Positions 31,481 to 42,062 of a DNA stretch of 64,000 nt are shown here, in pieces. How positions within the stretch are numbered: the stretch's first letter is position 1; the number at the start of each line of letters is the position of its first letter. Source of the DNA: an uncultured Chloroflexia bacterium (GTDB lineage: Bacteria > Chloroflexota > Anaerolineae > CG2-30-64-16); contig CAWEMM010000006.1 of NCBI GenBank assembly GCA_963810095.1, positions 288,001-352,000 of the forward strand, given 5' to 3'. The translations under genes were made by a program, and so were the position numbers. The notes under the pieces were generated by a model. That model worked only from the letters and a program-made list of their open reading frames with translations. It was not told the DNA's origin and did not search any database.

Positions 31481-32689
31481 TCAGAACGCCGGCGTCGGGT
31501 AGCCGGGCGGATAAATCAGGTACACGGTCCCGCCGGAGTTCGTCAGCCAGAGCGGCTCGAGCTCGGAACGCAGGTAGGTGCGCTGGACATCTTCGTCGGC
31601 TGCCGCGGCCGGGTCGTTCACGATGGGGTTGCCGGCGTTGTCAAACCCGACGATGACGGCCAGGTGCCCACTGCTGGACGGGATGGCCGCGCCGGTCAGA
31701 TCGTTCTTGCCCCACGCAAAGCTGAAGACCACCGGCACGCCCGCTTTCACCCACGGCTCGACCTGGTCGAAGCTGGCGAAGCGTGCGACGTACGCCTCCA
31801 TGCCCCGGCTGGCCGCATAGGCCGTATTGAAGGGCCAGTTGCCGTGGCCGTCATACACGTAGTCGTAGACGCCCTCGACGGCCTTGCGCACCCGCAGCTC
31901 ACACGCCCCAGAATCAATCCCCCAGTAGCCCAGGACCATCGAGACCGAGGTCGGGCTGCACCAGACATTTCCGCCATCCGGGTAGACCATCTGCGAGCAC
32001 TCGGGTACGTCGATCAACGTGTTCCAGTTGGCGGAGTTTCCCTTACTGGCCGCGGCCTTCTTAGGCGCACTCGAGCTGTAGGCGAGAGACAGCCCGGAGA
32101 CGCTCGGCACGCTGTCGTTCGCGCTGAACAGGCGCACCTTGAGCTGCAGTGCGTCGGCCGCCGCCTTTTTGTTCGTCAGCACGAGCGTGTCGGTCGCCAC
32201 ATAGCCATCGTCTCGCCCTGCAGCTTCACCGAATGCCGGTCAATGGCGCCGCCTTGCTCTTTGTCGTGCGACGCCCACACACCCATGTTGTACCACTTGG
32301 TCCACCGCGTGCCGATATTGCGCGCGCAGCTGCACCTCCACCCACGTGCCGTCGGGCGTTTTCGCATTCCATGAGGCAATCGCTTCGCTGAAAGCGAAAG
32401 GCCGGCGTGACCACCGGCCCTTCGGCCTCGCCTACCTTGTATGTCCCGCGGTTGTAAATGCCATCGGCGGGTCGGTTACGGACTGCGCGTTCGCCAGGTC
32501 GAGCGTGAGCGTTTCGGCTGCGCAGTCGAAGGGTCACTGCCTGGACGTAAATGCGTTGAGATCGTCGCCGGTCCATTTCGTGAAGCCCGTCTGGTAGCCG
32601 CCGCCCTTGTCGCCCGCAAATGCGGTCGCGGGTAGCGCAGCCAGGACAAGCACGACCAAACCAAGTCGAAGGAGAGTTACTGCGTGCAT
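31481..32689 (-). CDS. secreted peptidase C39-like family protein, frameshifted
   Basis: signal peptide; SQM.YPDGG..WCSPTS.SMVL, GNWPFNTAYA, GHL.VIVGF, VNDPA. Confidence 0.82.
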
Positions 32690-32764
32690 GGAGGACTCCT
32701 CATTGAGGGAATAGAAGTACCGCACTCATTATAACGCAGGCCGCGGCTTCTGGTGACCCCAGAT

Positions 32765-33708
32765 TCAGGTTTCGGTCAGCGGCCTGATTTCCACCAGCGG
32801 CATCAGCCGGCCGACGTCGTCGGGATCGAAGCGGCACGCCTCCCACGTGAGTGTGTTGGCCGCCGCAGCAGCCATTCCCAACCGCAGCGCGTCGAGCGGC
32901 GACTCGCCCCGCAGGAGCCCGGCGACTAACCCTGCCGTCATCGCGTCGCCCGAGCCGATTGGATTCAGCGCCTGCACGGGCGGGGGGACGGCGTGCCAGG
33001 CGCCGTCGCCGGTCACCAACAGGCTGCCTCGCTCGCCGAGGGTCAGGATCGCCATCCGGGCGCCCGCCCCTCGCAAGTCGCGCGCACGGCCTGCTGCTCT
33101 CGGCCGCGTCGCCGAAGTTGCGGCTTACGAAGCCCTCTGCCTCGGCCAGGTTGACCTTCACGACGTCTGGGCCGGCGGCAAGGCCCTCCCGCAGCGCATC
33201 GCCGTACGTGTCGAGCAGCGTCAGCGCGCCCTGGCTTGCGCGCCCGCTCGATGAAGCGCCCGTAAAGGGTATCGGCGGCGGGCCCAGGCGAGCTGCCGCA
33301 CATACACAGCGCCGCAGCCCCCTTGACCAGCTGCTCAAACGCCACACCGGCGCGCTCCGCGTCCTCGGCGGCGAATTCGGCCGGCGGCGCATAAAACGCC
33401 CGCTGCGTCCCTTGCGCGTCGACGATCGTGATTTGCAGCCGCGTCTCGCCGCTCACCCACACGGGCGTCGCCTCGAACGGGTCGTCCTGCAGCACCTCTG
33501 CCACGTCGCGCCCGATCATCCCGCCGAGCGCCACCAACGAGTGAGCGGGCACGCCGAGCAATCCCAGCGCGCGTGCGACATTGTTCCCCTTCCCGCCCGC
33601 GATGTGAGTCACCCGGTGGGCCTCGGTGCGGTACACCGGCCGCATCTCGTCGACGAAGTAGGTCGTGTCCAGCACGGGGTTGAGCGTCACGCAGAGGGCA
33701 TATGCCAC
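32765..33708 (-). CDS. PfkB / 1-phosphofructokinase-family sugar kinase, frameshifted
   Basis: VTLNPVLD, GGKGNNVAR, KVNLAE, TLGERG, NPIGSGD. Confidence 0.85.
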
Positions 33709-33723
33709 CGCCCCCGCCCGCGC

Positions 33724-34738
33724 TCATTGCGCCCGCACCGTTTCGATAAACGCCAGCAGGTTCTCCAGCGGGACGTCGCCGGGCATGTCGTGCGACGGCG
33801 CGACGATGAATCCGCCGCCGCGGCCCAGCGTGTCCATCAAGCGGCGCACCTCGTCCCGCACCTGGCGGGGCGTGCCGAACGGCAGCAGCTGCTGCACGCT
33901 GACGCCGCCGTAGAAGGTGAGCGCGTCGCCGTAGCGCGACTTCATCTCCTGCAGGTCCATTACCTCGGGTTGGAACGGGTTGAACACCTGCAAGCCGATT
34001 TCGATGAGCTCGGGAAACAGGTCCTGCACCTTGCCGCACGAATGGAGACATACGGCCTTGCCCGCTGCGGCAACCCTCTTGTACATGGCGGCGGCCCGCG
34101 GCTTGATGAACTGGCGCCAGCGCTTTGCGCCGAACATCAGGCCGCGCTGCTGTCCCCAGTCATCACCGAAAAGCACGCCGTCGAAGGGTTGCTCGAGCAT
34201 CTGCGTCGAGCACCGCCATGTTCCACTCGAAGATCCGCTCGAGGAGGGCTTCGACGAAAGCGGGCGCTTCGATCATGTCGGCCATCAACGCCTCCATGCC
34301 CCGCAGCGTCCACGCCCGCTCGAACAGCGAGAAGCTGACGCTGAAAAGCTTGAAGCGCTGCGGGTGGGCGGCGAAGAAGCCCGGCAACCCGGCGTACCGG
34401 CGCGGGTCGAGCGGATCGGGCACGACGAGCGCCCCGAGGTCGCGCTCGGGCAGCACCCGGTTCGCCGGCACGCCGATGTCCCTATCGACGGTCTTGTTCC
34501 ATACGACGCCCCACTCGTCGCCGAACATGCCCGGCTCGGCAAGCGGCTCGTACTCGAGCCGCGACTTGTAGCGGACGATGTGATTGCCCAACAAGTCGTC
34601 GAGTTGGTGCGTGCCATAGTGGGCTTCCAGCTTGGCGCGGGCCGGCAGGGTCAGGTTGACCTGATAGGGAACAGAGTCGGGCTGTACGTGCCGGATGGCC
34701 TGCCAGACGCGCTGGCGTGGCGTAATGGCTGCGTTCAA
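33724..34738 (-). CDS. URO-D/MtaA family protein, one frameshift
   Basis: TPRQRV..AI, DEWGVVW, FERAWTLRGME, GDDWGQQ, HSCG, NPFQPE, YGGVSVQ, GGGFIVAPSH. Confidence 0.85.
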
Positions 34739-34842
34739 CGGGGGCCTCCGAGGTGGTTTGGCACGGCAAGTATAACGTGCGGGGTCAAAAACCGGAAGGA
34801 TTTGAACGCTTTAGGCCGTGCTCATTTCTTCGCCCTCATGGC

Positions 34843-34871
34843 TTCACGCTCGCACCGTTCGGGCGTATAAT
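34843..34871 (+). promoter_or_regulatory. putative sigma70 promoter of the Mg-transport operon
   Basis: TTCACG-17 bp-TATAAT, about 250 nt upstream of the start codon. Confidence 0.55.
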
Positions 34872-34904
34872 GGGCGCGACTCCGTCAGCAAAACCCACAT
34901 CCGC

Positions 34905-35040
34905 GTGTCGCCAGGAGGACTGCAGTACCGTTCAGACCAACACGCTTGGCCTGACTGCCGGCTCACGCGGGTTCCTCCCGGCAGACCCCGGAGCGGCCGC
35001 CAGGGCAGCCTGACCCCGCTGGCTTCCCAACTGGCGTTGT
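34905..35040 (+). ncRNA. candidate structured cis-regulatory RNA in the leader of the Mg-transport operon
   Basis: closing stem CGCCAG/CTGGCG plus GGAGG/CTTCC; internal hairpins TCAGACCAA/TTGGCCTGA and CTGCCGG/CCGGCAG. Confidence 0.5.
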
Positions 35041-35123
35041 ATTTGACACCCTATTGTGCAACTCGTTGCACTGTTGTAATATTCCTGACCCGTATTTCGT
35101 TGCGCAGAGCAGGAGGGATGACC

Positions 35124-36380
35124 ATGACCTACATGAGTCAGCTCATCGGGAAGACGGTCGCCGACGTGAACGGCGAGCGTGTGGGCCGGCTGGACGACCT
35201 GGTGGTCACCGCAGGGGGCCAGGTGCACCCCGTGGTGAGTGCCTTGGTCGTCAAGGGCCGCAACGCGAAACCACTGCTGGTGCCCATCACCGACGTCGCG
35301 GTGCTGATCGCACCGGCTATCCCCCTGAAGAAACGCAGAGCGGAAATCACGCCCTACGTGCCCGGCGAGCGCGATCTTTTCCTGGCACGCGACATTCTCG
35401 ACAAGCAAATCATCGATATGAACGGGATGCGGGTCGTTCGTGTGAACGACCTGGATCTGGCGTGGGTGAACGGCAATTTCTATGTCGCGAATGTGGACAT
35501 CGGCGGCATGGGGCTGATGCGCCGCCTGGGGCTGGCCGGCCCGACGGAAAAGGTCGCCGGCCGGCTTGGCAAGGCGCCCGCGGGGGGGGTGATCCCTTGG
35601 GACACCGTGGAGCTGCTGCCCGGCAACCAGCCGCTCCGCCTGAAGGTGCCCAGCGACAAGCTGTCCGAGCTGCACCCGGCCGATCTCGCCGAAATCATCA
35701 GCGATTTGAGCCGAGCAGAAAGCAGCATGTTCCTCGACAACCTGGACCTCGAGACGGCGGCCGACACCCTGGAAGAGGTGGAGCCGGATTTCCAGGCGAG
35801 CCTGGTCGAGGGGATGTCTGACGAAAAGGTTGCAGACCTCCTGGAGGAAATGGCGCCCGACGAGGCCGCCGACCTCCTGGCCGAGCTGCCCGAGGAACGC
35901 AGCCAGGAACTCCTCAGCCTGATGGAGCGCGACGAAGCCGACGACGTCCGGAAGCTGCTCGCCTACGACGTGGATTCGGCCGGCGGCATCATGACGACCG
36001 AGTACATTGCGGTACCGGTAGGCCTGTCAGCCGAAGAAGCGCTGGCCTATATCCGCGAGAACTCGGACGAGGCCGAAACGATCTTTTATGTCTACGTCAC
36101 CGAGTCCGCCGGTCGCCTGTCCGGCGTGTTTTCGCTGCAAGACCTGGTGCTTGCGAAGCCCAATACGCCGGTGGAAGAGTTCATGCACCACCGTGTAGTG
36201 AGCGTGCACCCGGCGGCCAGCCAGGAAGAAGTGGCGGAGGTGGTCGCCAAGTACAACCTGCTGGCAGTGCCGGTCGTAGACGACGAGGGCCGCTTGCACG
36301 GCATCGTCACGGCGGACGATGCCTTGGACAAGCTCATCCCGACGGCCTGGAAGAAACGCCTGCCGAAGATGTACCGGTAG
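35124..36380 (+). CDS. PRC-barrel + MgtE N-terminal + CBS protein (MgtE cytosolic part, no TM domain)
   Basis: LDKQIID..G.RVVRVND, LHPADLAEII, MAPDEAADLL, SAGGIMTTEY, YNLLAVPVVD, GIVTADD; no hydrophobic C-terminus. Confidence 0.9.
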   Translation: MTYMSQLIGKTVADVNGERVGRLDDLVVTAGGQVHPVVSALVVKGRNAKPLLVPITDVAVLIAPAIPLKKRRAEITPYVPGERDLFLARDILDKQIIDMNGMRVVRVNDLDLAWVNGNFYVANVDIGGMGLMRRLGLAGPTEKVAGRLGKAPAGGVIPWDTVELLPGNQPLRLKVPSDKLSELHPADLAEIISDLSRAESSMFLDNLDLETAADTLEEVEPDFQASLVEGMSDEKVADLLEEMAPDEAADLLAELPEERSQELLSLMERDEADDVRKLLAYDVDSAGGIMTTEYIAVPVGLSAEEALAYIRENSDEAETIFYVYVTESAGRLSGVFSLQDLVLAKPNTPVEEFMHHRVVSVHPAASQEEVAEVVAKYNLLAVPVVDDEGRLHGIVTADDALDKLIPTAWKKRLPKMYR

Positions 36381-36393
36381 CAACGACCGGCTC

Positions 36394-36465
36394 AACCACA
36401 AAGACACGAAGCCACGAAGGGGCATAGGGCTTTGTGGGGCTTTGCGTGCTTCGTGCCCCAGTGGT
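36394..36465. repeat. REP-like repeat family A, intra-operonic
   Basis: AACCACAAAGACACGAAGCCACGAAG ... CTTCGTGCCCCAGTGGT. Confidence 0.75.
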
Positions 36466-36493
36466 GTCGTTCTGATGACGCGGGGGAGAGCCT

Positions 36494-37753
36494 ATGACGC
36501 TCGGACAACGCTTGCGCCCATTTCGCATCCGGCTGCTCCTGCTGCTGTCGGTGGTGGGACCCGGCATTATCACGGCCAACGTCGACAATGACGCCGGCGG
36601 CATCACGACCTACTCCGTTGCGGGCGCACATTACGGTTACAGCCTGCTGTGGATGATGCCGCTGGTCTTGCTCGCCCTGATCATCGTGCAGGAGATGAGC
36701 GCGCGGCTCGGCGTGGTGACGGGCAAGGGCCTGGCCGACCTGATCCGTGAGTCGCTGGGCCTGCGGCTGACGGCGCTGGTCCTCGGCATCCTCATGTTCG
36801 CCAACCTGGCGAACACGGTCAGCGAGTTTGCGGGTGTTGCGGCCAGCATGGAAGTCTTCGGCGTCAGCAAGTACATTTCGGTGCCGATTGCCGCCGTGCT
36901 CGTCTGGCTCCTCATCGTCAAGGCTAACTACAAACTCGTCGAACGCATCTTCCTGGTCGTAAGCGCGATTTACCTCACGTACATCATTTCCGGCGTGCTG
37001 GCGCGGCCCGACTGGGGCGAGATCGCCAAGCAAACGGTTACCCCGTCCTTTTCCTTCGAGGCCGGCTACGTCACGATCTTCGTAACGATCATCGGCACGA
37101 CCATTGCGCCGTGGATGCAGTTCTACCAGCAGTCGTCGATCGTGGATAAGGGCCTGAAGATTACCGACTACGCTTACGAGCGCATCGACGTCGTGGTGGG
37201 TTCGATCTTTGCGGTGCTGGTCGCGAGCTTCATCATGATCGCGTGCGCGGCGACCTTGTACAAGGAAGGGGTCACCATCAATACGGCGCAAGATGCGGCG
37301 CTGGCGCTGAAGCCGCTGGCCGGGCCGTTCGCGTCGGGGCTGTTTGCGCTGGGTTTGCTCAACGCGTCGGTCTTCTCGGCGGCCATCCTGCCGCTGAGCA
37401 CAGCCTACGTCGCCTGCGAAGCATTCGGGTGGGAGAAGGGCGTGGACCGCGGCTGGCGCGAGGCGCCGGTGTTCTTCAGCCTATACACGGCCTTCATCAT
37501 CGTGGGCGCGCTGATCATCCTGTTGCCGATCAAGTCGCTCATCCAGGCCATGTTGGCAAGCCAGACGCTGAACGGCGTGCTGCTGCCCGTCATCCTGATC
37601 GTGATGCTGCGCCTCATCAACGACCGGGGCTTGATGGGCCGCTTTGCCAACAGCCGGATTTTCAACATCATCGCCTGGCTCATGGTCGCCGTGCTGATCC
37701 TGCTCACGGTCATCCTCATCCTGGTGACCGTGTTCCCCAATCTGCTAAGCTAA
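36494..37753 (+). CDS. NRAMP-related divalent metal transporter (NRMT/Mg2+-type)
   Basis: TM1 DNDAGG instead of MntH DPGN; TM6 GTTIAPWMQ instead of ATIMPH; QEMSARLG.VTGKG. Confidence 0.88.
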   Translation: MTLGQRLRPFRIRLLLLLSVVGPGIITANVDNDAGGITTYSVAGAHYGYSLLWMMPLVLLALIIVQEMSARLGVVTGKGLADLIRESLGLRLTALVLGILMFANLANTVSEFAGVAASMEVFGVSKYISVPIAAVLVWLLIVKANYKLVERIFLVVSAIYLTYIISGVLARPDWGEIAKQTVTPSFSFEAGYVTIFVTIIGTTIAPWMQFYQQSSIVDKGLKITDYAYERIDVVVGSIFAVLVASFIMIACAATLYKEGVTINTAQDAALALKPLAGPFASGLFALGLLNASVFSAAILPLSTAYVACEAFGWEKGVDRGWREAPVFFSLYTAFIIVGALIILLPIKSLIQAMLASQTLNGVLLPVILIVMLRLINDRGLMGRFANSRIFNIIAWLMVAVLILLTVILILVTVFPNLLS

Positions 37754-40700
37754 GCGGGCGGCCTGTTCCATGATGGCCCGGTGCCAGGGGACGTTGTCGA
37801 GCAGCGACATGCGCGCGGCTTCGCCGGTAAAAGGCGCGGCCATGTCTTCCAACCAGGCGCGAGCGGCCGCAATCACCTGGGCGGCGCGTGGGTCGGCCGC
37901 CGCCTGCAGCGCCCGGTAGCACCCCCAGATCACCCGTAGCGGCTGCTCCGTGCCATTGAGCGCGGCCCGGTTTTCCACGTGCGGCCCACCCAGCCCGGCC
38001 AGGAGCGTCTCGGCAGTGCTCAAAGCCTCGGCATCTGCTCCAAGTTCGAGGTAGACGTGGCACAGTGCGCCGAGCGCTTCGAGAACCAGCGCCTCGTTGC
38101 CCAGCGCCCGCCGCAGCTCCAGCGCCGCCTGCGCCGGCGCCAGCGCCTCTTCCGGCCGGCCGGTCCCGCAGAAGACATACGCCTGGCACGTCAGCGCGTA
38201 CGCTTCCATCAGCCGGTTGCCCAGCTTCGGCGTGAGCAGCAGGCACTGCTCCACGCACCTTTCGGCTTCAGCGTAGTTGCCGCTCGCCTCCGCGGCAATC
38301 GCCATGTTGACCCAGACGGACTCCTGGTCGGGCAACTCGCGGGCTTCACGAAACAAGAGCAGCGCTTGTTTGAAGTCCGCATCGGCGCGGTCATAGTTGC
38401 CCACCTGCGTCGCCATCCAACCGGTATTGATCAGGACAATCGCCTCCCCGGAGATATCGCCTAGCAGGCGGGTCAAGTCCAAGGCTTCCCCGTATAACGC
38501 CAACGCTCGCGGCAAGTCGCCCACTGCGCCCACAGAAACGGCCAGGTTGTTGAGCGCTTTGGCCAACTGGCGCTCGTCGCCGATAGACCACGCGATCTCA
38601 CATGCCTGCTCGTGCGACGCGCGCCCATGTTCGAGATCACCTTGCATGATTGCGGCCAGGCCGTCGACCCCGAGGGCTTTGGCCTGCAGCAGCAGGTTGT
38701 TCAGCTCGTGGCCAAGGCGATGCGCTTCGGCGAAACACGCCCGGGCGGCGGGATATTCGCCCCGGCGCATGAGTAGGCTGCCGATCACCAGTTGTGCGCT
38801 GGCCTCGACGTCGCGCCGGCCCGAACGCCGGCTGAGAGCGATCGCCTGCTCGCTGACGGCAATCGCCTGGTCGGGCTGCCCCTGGAGGAGCAAGGTGTCG
38901 CCGCGGCGGTAGGCGGCATCGGCGCGCATCCCGTCATCGTCCAGCGCGTCGGCCAACTGCTCCAGCGCGGCTATATCCGCCAGTCGTTCGTCGAGACGGG
39001 CGATCACGGCATAAACAGACTCCCGGACCGCGATGACCTCCCAGCGCTCGGCCTGCGCCTCTGAAGGCAGCAGCGCAAGCAGGCGCGTATAGTGTTCGAT
39101 CGCGCTCGCATTGAGGTACGTCTCGCGGGCCGCGTCTGCGGCAAGCCGGAGATAGACGCGAGCCTTCTCTTGCAAGCCGGCCTGCTCGGCATGATAGGCC
39201 AGTTCGCCGTACCGGGCGCGCAGGTCATCCCGATACAGGTTTTCGAGCGCGGTCACCGCCAGCGCGTGCAGCGCCTGCCGACGGCTGCTAACCTGCATTT
39301 GATAGGCCGCGTCGCGCAGCAGTGCGTGCCGGAAGAGGTACTTGAGCTCGGTCAACGCCGCCCAGATCGCCTGCCGCTCGGCCGCCGCTACCATTTCTGC
39401 GACGGCCCGGCCGCGCAGCATCTCCGAAAGCAGGCGCACTTCAAACTCGCGACCCAGCACTGCGGCCGTTTGCACCGTCTCGCGGATCTCGCGGCCGAGC
39501 CGGTCGAGCCGTGCGACGAGCAGCGCCTGGAGCCCGTCGGGCAGGGGGGCCAAGCCGGCCTCGGCCAGCCGCCAGCCCGACCCGCTCTGCACCAACTGGC
39601 CCTGCTCCTGGAGGTAGACCAGCAGTTGCTCGGCAAAGAAAGGATTACCGTCAGCCCGGCCTTCGAGCAGGTCGACTACGGCAGGCTCGACCGGCCCGCC
39701 CAACAACGCAACCGCGAGCGCTTCGAGTTGCGCTCGGCCCAGCGGCCCGAGCAGCAGTTCCTTCGTGCGCAGAGTGGGGGGCAGCGCGCCCGGTTCTGGC
39801 CGCCCGGTCATCAAGATCGCAACGCGGGGGCCGCGCCCTCGTCAGTCCACAAGACGTCCTGCAGCCGGAGCAAAAACGCCTGCGAGTCTGTGTCCAGCCA
39901 ATGCACATCTTCGATCACGAGGATCACCGGCTCGACGAGGCCGGCAGCCTGGATCAAAGCGGCAAGGGCCAGGAGGGTGTTGTCGTGCCGCGCCTGTGGG
40001 TCGAGCTGTTCGTAGAGCGAGTCGGGCCAATATAGCCCGACCAGCGCGCCCAGGAAAGACCGCGTCCGGTCCAGTTCGTCCTTCAGCCTGGCATCAGGGG
40101 TCGCAGCGATGAGGTCGTCCACCACCCGATTGAAGGCGCGCTTGTTCCTCGCTTCGGCCAGGCCCTCTGAAATCCCGAAGTAGTTCTTCAGCCAGTAGCG
40201 AAACGGATTGAGCGATTCGCGCAGGATCACGTCGCTCTGGGCAACGAACGACCCGAACCGGCGCCGGCCGTCCTTCTGCAGGGTCGCGATGAACTCGTGC
40301 ACCAGCCGGCTTTTGCCCGCGCCGGCCTCACCCCACACGACCAGCATGGGCATCACGTCGTCGCCCCGCCTCCTGCTCGCCCACAGCGGCTCGACAAAGT
40401 CGGCGAGCGCGTGCAGTTCTGGGTCCCGCCCGGTGAGGGCGCCCCGGTAGAACGTCTCGACGAGCTCCTTCCGCTCCAACAGCCGGTAAACCTTCTCCGG
40501 CTGCGTGAAGCCCTTGAAGCTACGTTCGCCGACGTACTCTATTTCGAACTCCGTCTCAGCCCGGCGGGCAATGTGTTCGTCAAGCCAAACTTCGCCGCGG
40601 GGCGCCGTGGTCATGAAGCGGGCGGCCAGGTTCACCCCCCGGCCGAACACGGCATACTCCTCGGAAAGCTCGCTGCCCGCGAACCCGGCATGCGCCGACA

Positions 40701-41673
40701 GGTACGTCACCCCGGCGTTGATCGGCAGCGCGGTCTCGGTTTGCAGGTCGAGCACGAAGCTCAGCGCACGTTGGATGTCCTTCTCGTAGGCGACGGGCGC
40801 GCCCCAGGTTACCAACAGGTGCACACCTTTGTCCCCGAACTGCAGCTTGAGCAGCCCGCCGTAACGATCCAGCAGCCCGAACACGATCTGCATGAAGCCG
40901 TCCAGTTGGGCCTCGGTGCGGATGCCGGGTAGGCTGACGAAGAGGTGCGTGACCTGGCGGAACTCCGCGCCGAACGCCTGGTCGAGCGGCAGGGCAGGAT
41001 AGAAGACCGCGGCGGCCTCGGCGTCCACGGGGTGAGTGACGAAAGGGCGAGCGTTCGGCAGCGGACCGTCCACCGAGATTAGCCGGAAGTGCTCGCCTGC
41101 CGGAGTGGTCGTGATCCGCTCGCCAAGCCGCGGCCGCAGGGCACGGTGCAAGACGACCTGGCCCGGACCGCCGTCATGCTCGGCCGCCACCGCACCGTCG
41201 ATGGCTGCGCCGGCGAAATAGAAGGCCGCTCGCAGCCGGTCTACCGCCTCCAAAATGCCCCAGCGCACCTCGCCCGCGCTCAGGCCGATCTCCGCGGTGA
41301 CCGTCGAATGCCCATAGGGCGTGGCGAAAATCGGGTGTGCTGCGGCCCGCTGGCAGATCGTGACTGCAGCGGCGAGGCTGCGCGCCAGGAATTCGTCGCT
41401 CTCGCCCTCCTGGCGGAAGACGGCCATGAAGCTGTCGCCGCCATGGGTTGCGACAAAACCGCCAAACTCGAACACGGCCGCGATCAGCGGCTCGAACGCC
41501 GAGCGCATCACCCCCGCAAGCGCCTCGGCGCCCGCCTGGCCGTGTTCCATGAGCGCATCTGTCATCGCCGAGAAGCCGGTGATATCGACGAACAAGCAGG
41601 CTGCCTCAAAGGCGCCGCGGCTCGCACCCGCAGACCGCTGCTGCAGGATAAACTCGGGGACAAGGCGATGCAT
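37745..41673 (-). CDS. tandem class III nucleotide cyclase - AAA/STAND ATPase - TPR protein (soluble adenylyl cyclase-like), one frameshift near 39812
   Basis: FVDITGFS..GGDSF; GDKG..WGAP..VNLAARFM; GEAGAGKSRL; IEDVHW.D; GNPFFAEQ; YLFRHALLRDAAY; TPR array. Confidence 0.88.
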
Positions 41674-41867
41674 GTGCCAACCTCTCACATGGACTGGCCT
41701 CAGTTTACACCACTGCGTGCCGGCCGACTAAACCAGTCGCAAAATGAGCTTGCCTACACAGCGAGTCCTTGCCACCTTGCGATGAGTTCAGGCACCTGTC
41801 TGGTCTATGGCAGAGCGACATCGCTTTTGCCACTTTTCAATGCCCTTACATTCGCGGGGTATCGCCC

Positions 41868-41983
41868 AGAGGTGGCATAATAATCATAAAAGTATAAACA
41901 TCGCCAAAGAACACAGATCCCCCCGGCGGTGCCCGGCCGGCACGGTGAGATGTTTATATCTTTATGATTATTATGCCACATCT
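41868..41983. repeat. AT-rich 35-bp inverted repeat with 46-bp spacer
   Basis: 41868-41902 vs reverse complement of 41949-41983: 32/35 identical. Confidence 0.85.
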
Positions 41984-42062
41984 ATGGGGGGTCTCGCGAA
42001 TGCCAATACCTCCAAAACTGGCAGCTTATCATGCGCCTAACTGAATCGTACGCCGAAACTGC

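Noticed and set aside
34880-35100. M-box (ykoK), yybP-ykoY or NiCo riboswitch
   Set aside because: Hallmarks such as AGGTGAGG/GCCAATGGG, GGGGAGTAG and CTGAGCAGG were not found by eye.
34818-35123. 100-aa N-terminal extension of the MgtE-N protein
   Set aside because: Strong AGGAGG RBS precedes ATG 35124; the upstream frame has no family similarity and contains promoter and RNA-structure signals.
41868-41983. Chromosomal dif site
   Set aside because: Only the XerC-like half resembles dif, the XerD arm is missing, and there are two inverted copies.
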